Positions 58,255 through 64,000 of a stretch of DNA of 64,000 nucleotides are shown in pieces (the first letter of the stretch is position 1; every line of letters begins with the position of its first letter). The notes beneath the pieces are model-generated. The model was given only the letters and a program-made list of their open reading frames with translations, did not search any database and had not been told where the DNA came from. The position numbers and the translations under genes were made by a program. The DNA comes from the human T2T-CHM13v2.0 reference genome, Homo sapiens. Where the stretch lies: NCBI RefSeq assembly GCF_009914755.1, contig NC_060935.1. One strand, given 5' to 3'.

Positions 58255-58789
58255 CTGGTTGTCTTCTCCCAAGGAAACTATTTGCTTGATCCACAAATTC
58301 TACTAGACACTAGAGGTCATTGCTTCTGACTAGGTAGATCAACATCTTAAAATAATTAAGCATTTTTCCCCCAAAATACACTTATGACATAAGTGGCAAT
58401 TTCATCATTAAAGAAGTTATCTGAAATTTTTATACATGAAATATTTTTGCCACCAATAATTAAGTTCATTGCAATAATCTAGAGAATAATGAGGAAGGGT
58501 ACATGGTCTAACAGACTAGAGAAAGAATCACAGGAATAGATTTCAATTCTGCCCCTAGAAGAAAAACACAGCAACAGCATTTATTGAGGCCCTACAGTGT
58601 ACTCAGACCTATACTGGGCAACTAGACAGTTACAATATAAAAGTATAATACAAATTTCAACACACATCAAAATATAACTAAAAGTAGTCTTAATTTACTG
58701 GCATTACATACTAAAAATAACAATAATAGTTATTATTGGGCTTACTTCTACTATTGCTACTATTTTACTTTATAAAAACCACTGTACTC

Positions 58790-60180
58790 TGGTACAAAAA
58801 CAGACACATAGATCAATGGAACAGAATAGGGACCCCAGAAATAAAGTTGCACACCTACAACCATCTGATCAAAAAAGTCGACAAAAGCAAGCAATGCGGA
58901 AAGGACTCCCTATTCACTAAATCCCTATTGACTAAATGGTGCTGGGATAACTGGCTAGCCATATGCAGAAGATTGAAACTGGACCCCTTCTTTACACCGT
59001 ATACAAAAATCAACTCAAGATGAATTAAAGACTTAAATATAAAACCTAAAATATAAAAACTTCTGGAAGATAATCTAGGAAATACCATTCTGGACACAGG
59101 ACCTGGCAAAGATTCCATGATGAAGATGCCAATAGCAATTGCAACAAAAACAAAACTTGACAAATGGGGCCTAAACTAAAGAGCTTCTGCATAGTAAGGG
59201 AAAATATCAACAGAGTAAATAAGCAAACTACAGAATGGGAGAAAATATTTACAAACTATGCATCCAACAAAGGTCTAATATCCAGGATCTATAAGGAACT
59301 TAAATTTACAAACAAAATAAATAAATAAAGTAAAATAAAATAAAAAGTGGGCAAAGGACATGAACAGACACTTTTCAAAAGAAAACATACATGTACCAAC
59401 AAACATGAAAAATGGTCAACATCACTAATCATTAGAAAAATGTGAATAGAAACCACAACGAGATACGATCTCATACCAGTCAGAATGGCTGTTATTAAAA
59501 AGTCAAACAACAAGAGAAGCTGGAGAGGTTGTGGAGAAAAGGGAACATTTATACACTGCTGATGAGAATTTAAAGTAGTTCAGCCATTGTGGAAAGCAGT
59601 TTGGAGATTCCTCAAAGAACTTAAAACAGAATAATCATTCAACCCAGCAATCCCATTATTGGGTATATACCCAAAGGAATACAAATCATTTAGACACATG
59701 CACATGTTTGTTCGTTTTAGGACTATTCACAACAGCAAAGACAAGGAATCAACCTACCTGCCTATCAACAGTAGACTGAATAAAGAAAATGTGGTACATA
59801 CTCACCATGGAATACAACACAGGGAGACCATTATCCTAAGTGAACTAAATACCGCATGAAATCAAATACCGCATGTTCTCACTTATAAGTGGGAGCTAAA
59901 CATCAAGTACATATGGTCACAAAGAAGGGAACAACAGACACTGGAACCTACCTGAGGGTGGAGGATGGGAGGAGGGTGAAGGTCAAAGAACTGCCTATCG
60001 GATACTATGCTTATTACTTGGGTGAGGAAATAATCTGCATACCAAATTCTCACAACGTGCAATTTACTTACATAACAAACCTGCACAAGTACCCTGAACC
60101 TAAAATAAAAGTTTTTTTAATGTTAAAAGGAAAGAAAGAAAACACAACTAAAAGTACAGAAAACACACACACACAAACCC
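58790..60180 (+). mobile_element. 5'-truncated L1 (L1PA15/16-L1PB age) in a MIR
   Basis: [15 protein letters not shown]2 C-terminal homology, 3'UTR ending CCTAAAATAAAAGTT, and a 13-bp TSD CCACTGTACTCTG (58779 and 60181). Confidence 0.9.
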
Positions 60181-60210
60181 CCACTGTACTCTGTATTTTA
60201 CGTGCATTAG

Positions 60211-60640
60211 TGTATTAATCCTTTCTCCCATTGCTATAAAGAAATACCTTAGACTGGGCAATTTATTAAAAGGACAAGTTTTAATTGGCTCACAGTTCCA
60301 CAGGTTGTACAGGAAGCATGATGCTGGCAACTGCTGGCTTCTGGGGAGGCCTCCGGAATTTACAATCATGGTGGAAGGCGAAGGGGGAGCAGGCACTTCA
60401 CATGGCGGGAGCAGGAGCAAGAAGAGACAGAGTGGGAGGTGCTACACACTTTTAAGCAATCAGATCTCACAAGAACTCACTCACTCTCTATCGTGGGGAC
60501 TGTACCAAGGAGATGGTACTACACCATTCATGAGAAATCTGTCCCCATGATTCAATCACCTCCCACCAGGCCTCACCTTTAACACTGGGGATTACAATTT
60601 AACATGAGATTTGCTGGGGACATAGAGCCAAACCATATCA
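60211..60640 (-). mobile_element. MSTA/B solo LTR in a MIR
   Basis: TGTATTAATC...AAACCATATCA; TSD ATTAG; the MIR resumes at 60641. Confidence 0.9.
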
Positions 60641-62879
60641 ATTAGCTCATTTAATCATCACAGAAATCCTATAAGGAAGGTACTAGCACCCCATTTTACA
60701 GATGAGAACACTAAGGCTCAGTGAGATTAGGCAACTTTCCAGGGTCCCTCAAGAAATTAGAGGCAAAGGCAGAATTCAAATCTGTGTACTTATTCATCCA
60801 GCCACTAGAAATTTACTGAATGCTTTCTATGTCTCAGACTCTGGATCTTTATTTTATATTTTCACCCATTAAATGTTCAACAGTATCATCTCAATCACAT
60901 ACCCAGAGGAGTTCCAAAGAGAACAGATGACTGGATGCTGGGAAGGGGAAAGAAAAATTATAGTAAAATGTGTTTTTACCTCTAGTCAAAAGTTGAGTCT
61001 CTGGGAACCAGCATCACAAACAACCACCCTTTGCCCTATGAAAAATTGTACAGGACTGACACTCCTTCAGGGAAACTTAATGCATTGACTGCCCTAATCT
61101 GGGGCTCCTGGTGCCCTGCTATCTTTCCTCATCACATGAGTAGCCCCGGCCATGACTTTGAGTTTCTCTTGTCTCACCAACATCATCTTTCATCCTGCCT
61201 TTCAACATCACTTCTATTGACTTGGACACCTCAAGTGATAATGACTGAAGGTTGTCTTGGGAATAAAGACTGAAAGAGACTATGAAACCTTGGATCTTAT
61301 ATTCTTGCTTTAACAGTAAGAGTTTTGGAAATGAGAACCTTTGTCCAGAATACTGAATCCACAAGTTCTTGAAAAATTATGGTAAATTTCATGATATTCT
61401 CTAAACTTTATTACAGAGGCATAAAGGAAGAATCAGTTATCTTACATATATTTTGAAGGAAAAAAACTCAGATTAGTTTTTTATTTACTCACATTTATAG
61501 TAAAGTGTACCAGCCCTAAGCCCCCTCAATCATTCTGATTAAATGAGATTTTCCTATGTGAGGCACAGATTTGGCCCTTTGAGTCATGTCCAGGTGAAAG
61601 GCTAGCCTCTTTATAAGAAACAACTAAGGAAAAATACAAGGCTGGAAAGAATCAAGCAGAATAGACAATGAAATATAATAGGAATTCAAAGAAGACATAG
61701 ACTAGCTGGGTGGCCTGTCCCCAATAAACAGCACTGGAAGCTGGAGAGCTGCCTAGGAGTGGGAAGTGAGGACTGAGATTAATTATTGAATGAAGAAATA
61801 AGGGAAGAGTATTACATTGCATTTTCTCCACATGGGAGCTTGAAGAGAAGGATGCATTTCTAAGAAGACAGAGTAAGTGGCTGCTTACTGGTCTCATTTG
61901 AAAAAGGTGAACAGCTCTTTCTTCCTGGTCTTCCTAAGAAAATTCTCCTGCAACCTCATTACAGGGAATAAAATGTCCGCCAATAAGCCACTCGCTCCAG
62001 TTCAGGAGTTTAAAGACCACTATTCATTTAGAGTGAAAAAGGCACAGGAGAGACTAAGGCATTACCATCCATAAACATTTTAGGCCAAATTGAATTATCA
62101 TATGTATTTTTTAAATAGAGAGACCTTTCCTGATCTATATTACTTTTGGAGTAGGAAGAAGTAGGAATCAGAATCCGTAAACTTTGATGAAGGTCAGGAG
62201 AATTAAAGAAAGAGTTCTGGGATTAAGGTGGGTGCTATAGTGAGGACAGCACGAAGTCAAGGTACCTGAGGACTGAAAAAAGGTAAAGGAAAAAGGGAAA
62301 TTTAAAAAAAAACTGTCTTCATTTCACAATTTTTCCTAAAAAGTTTCATAGAAAAAAAAAAAGTGTCATTCAAAAGAAAGGAGCCACAAACTTACAAAAT
62401 GGTATGTAGGTACAATTTTAAGCTCTCTAAGTGGTTAAGATACAAGAGCATTGATTCTCCCAGTCCCTAAAAGTTTGTATGCCTTCTATTTCCTAAAAAA
62501 AAAAAAAAATCCCGATTCCTATTTCTATGAGAAAGCAAGACGCCTTAGTAGAAAGTACTGATTTTTATAAGAGGAATAGAAGTAGTTTTCCTATAAATGT
62601 ATGTTTTTCATTATAAATGTGAAAACACATATTTCAAAATAGAGAAGAAAATTTGCTCATAATTTGGCATTGTACTTTTTCCATTTACCATATATCACAT
62701 AGCAGAATCATTATTCTACGTTGCTACATAGTCTTTATAACCACCATTTAAATGGCCACTTACTATTATGTATCTTAATTTGTGAGTTTCTTTTCAAACA
62801 TGTTAAGTGTATGCAGCAGGCAAGAGATCCAATTGGAAATGTCATCTAGACAGCTCCACAAAGAATGTATTTCTTGGTT

Positions 62880-63350
62880 GAAGCATTCAACTCTTTGCTT
62901 TCTATTTAATGCAACGGTCTCTGTAATTTTTTCTGTGGTCATATTATCATTGCCTGAAGAATGGACTCCAGGGGCATTCAACATATTTGCTTGTGAATTC
63001 GATGAGGCCTTAGCTAGCATATTTATCAAATTTGTAAGCGGCCCAGGAGTTGAGAGTCATAACCACTATGGTAGATGACAGATTCTGAATCCAAAGAGAA
63101 TTTGATAGGCTGAAAATACGATACAATGAATCAAACAAGATGGCATTTCACAGGGTAAGAGTTGAAAGAACTGAGGATGTTTTGACTAGAGAAAAGATGT
63201 CTTAGAATGGACAAGATAATGGTCTTCAAATATCTGAGGGATTTTCATTATAAAAAGGGAATTCTAAAGAGAACTGTAACAAAAGGTAAATAAGACTATA
63301 AGATTCAAATTAAGAAATTACTTCCTAACAAATGGAGCTGTTAAACAAAA
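62880..63350 (+). mobile_element. CR1/L3 relic (RT region plus 3' part)
   Basis: FNIFACEFDEALASIFIKF resembles CR1 FNIFINDLDE..SMLIKFADD; also GAGAAAAGA...GTCTTCAAATATCTGA. Confidence 0.65.
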
Positions 63351-63512
63351 AGACGGCCACTGTCATTTGTCCATTTATTCCATAAATATTTATTGAGCAC
63401 ACCTGCTATGTGCCAAGTACTATGTGCTAGCAGGGAACAAGGCAATCATGCTCAGCTCCCCTCTCAGGGTGCCCACATTTTAGCCAGAGACACAACTGAA
63501 ACAAAACAATCA

Positions 63513-63890
<378 letters not shown>

Positions 63891-64000
63891 TCACTGCAAA
63901 CAAATAGTCAAGAAAAACTTTTCCATGTAGGTGACACTTCAACAGAAATCTAAAAAATAGGAAGGAGCCAGTCATATAAACAGCAACAAAATATTCCAGG

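Overview
Primate, almost certainly human, genomic DNA that is intronic or intergenic and dominated by interspersed repeats. It holds at least 13 Alu copies, one full-length but dead L1PA2/late-L1PA3 (18180-24208), a 5'-truncated older L1, many MaLR/ERV solo LTRs (THE1, MST, MLT1, MLT2A, MER61, LTR33/16-like), hAT DNA transposon relics (Charlie1a, MER5, MER58, MER3/33), and abundant MIR, L2 and CR1 fragments. No complete cellular gene is visible, and almost all tracked ORFs are repeat-derived or chance ORFs. One strong + strand splice acceptor at 13981/13982 may open an alternative terminal exon. It resembles, from memory only and unverified, an alternative C-terminus of CRADD on 12q22. I found no new multi-gene system. 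The most unusual signal is three independent short, direct, non-tandem local duplications (54-154 bp, 0.6-0.9 kb apart). Two of them appear to interrupt a SINE, and a separate Alu deletion has a templated filler, which together look like fossils of templated DNA repair. Repeat subfamily names come from recalled consensus features and need RepeatMasker/Dfam confirmation.
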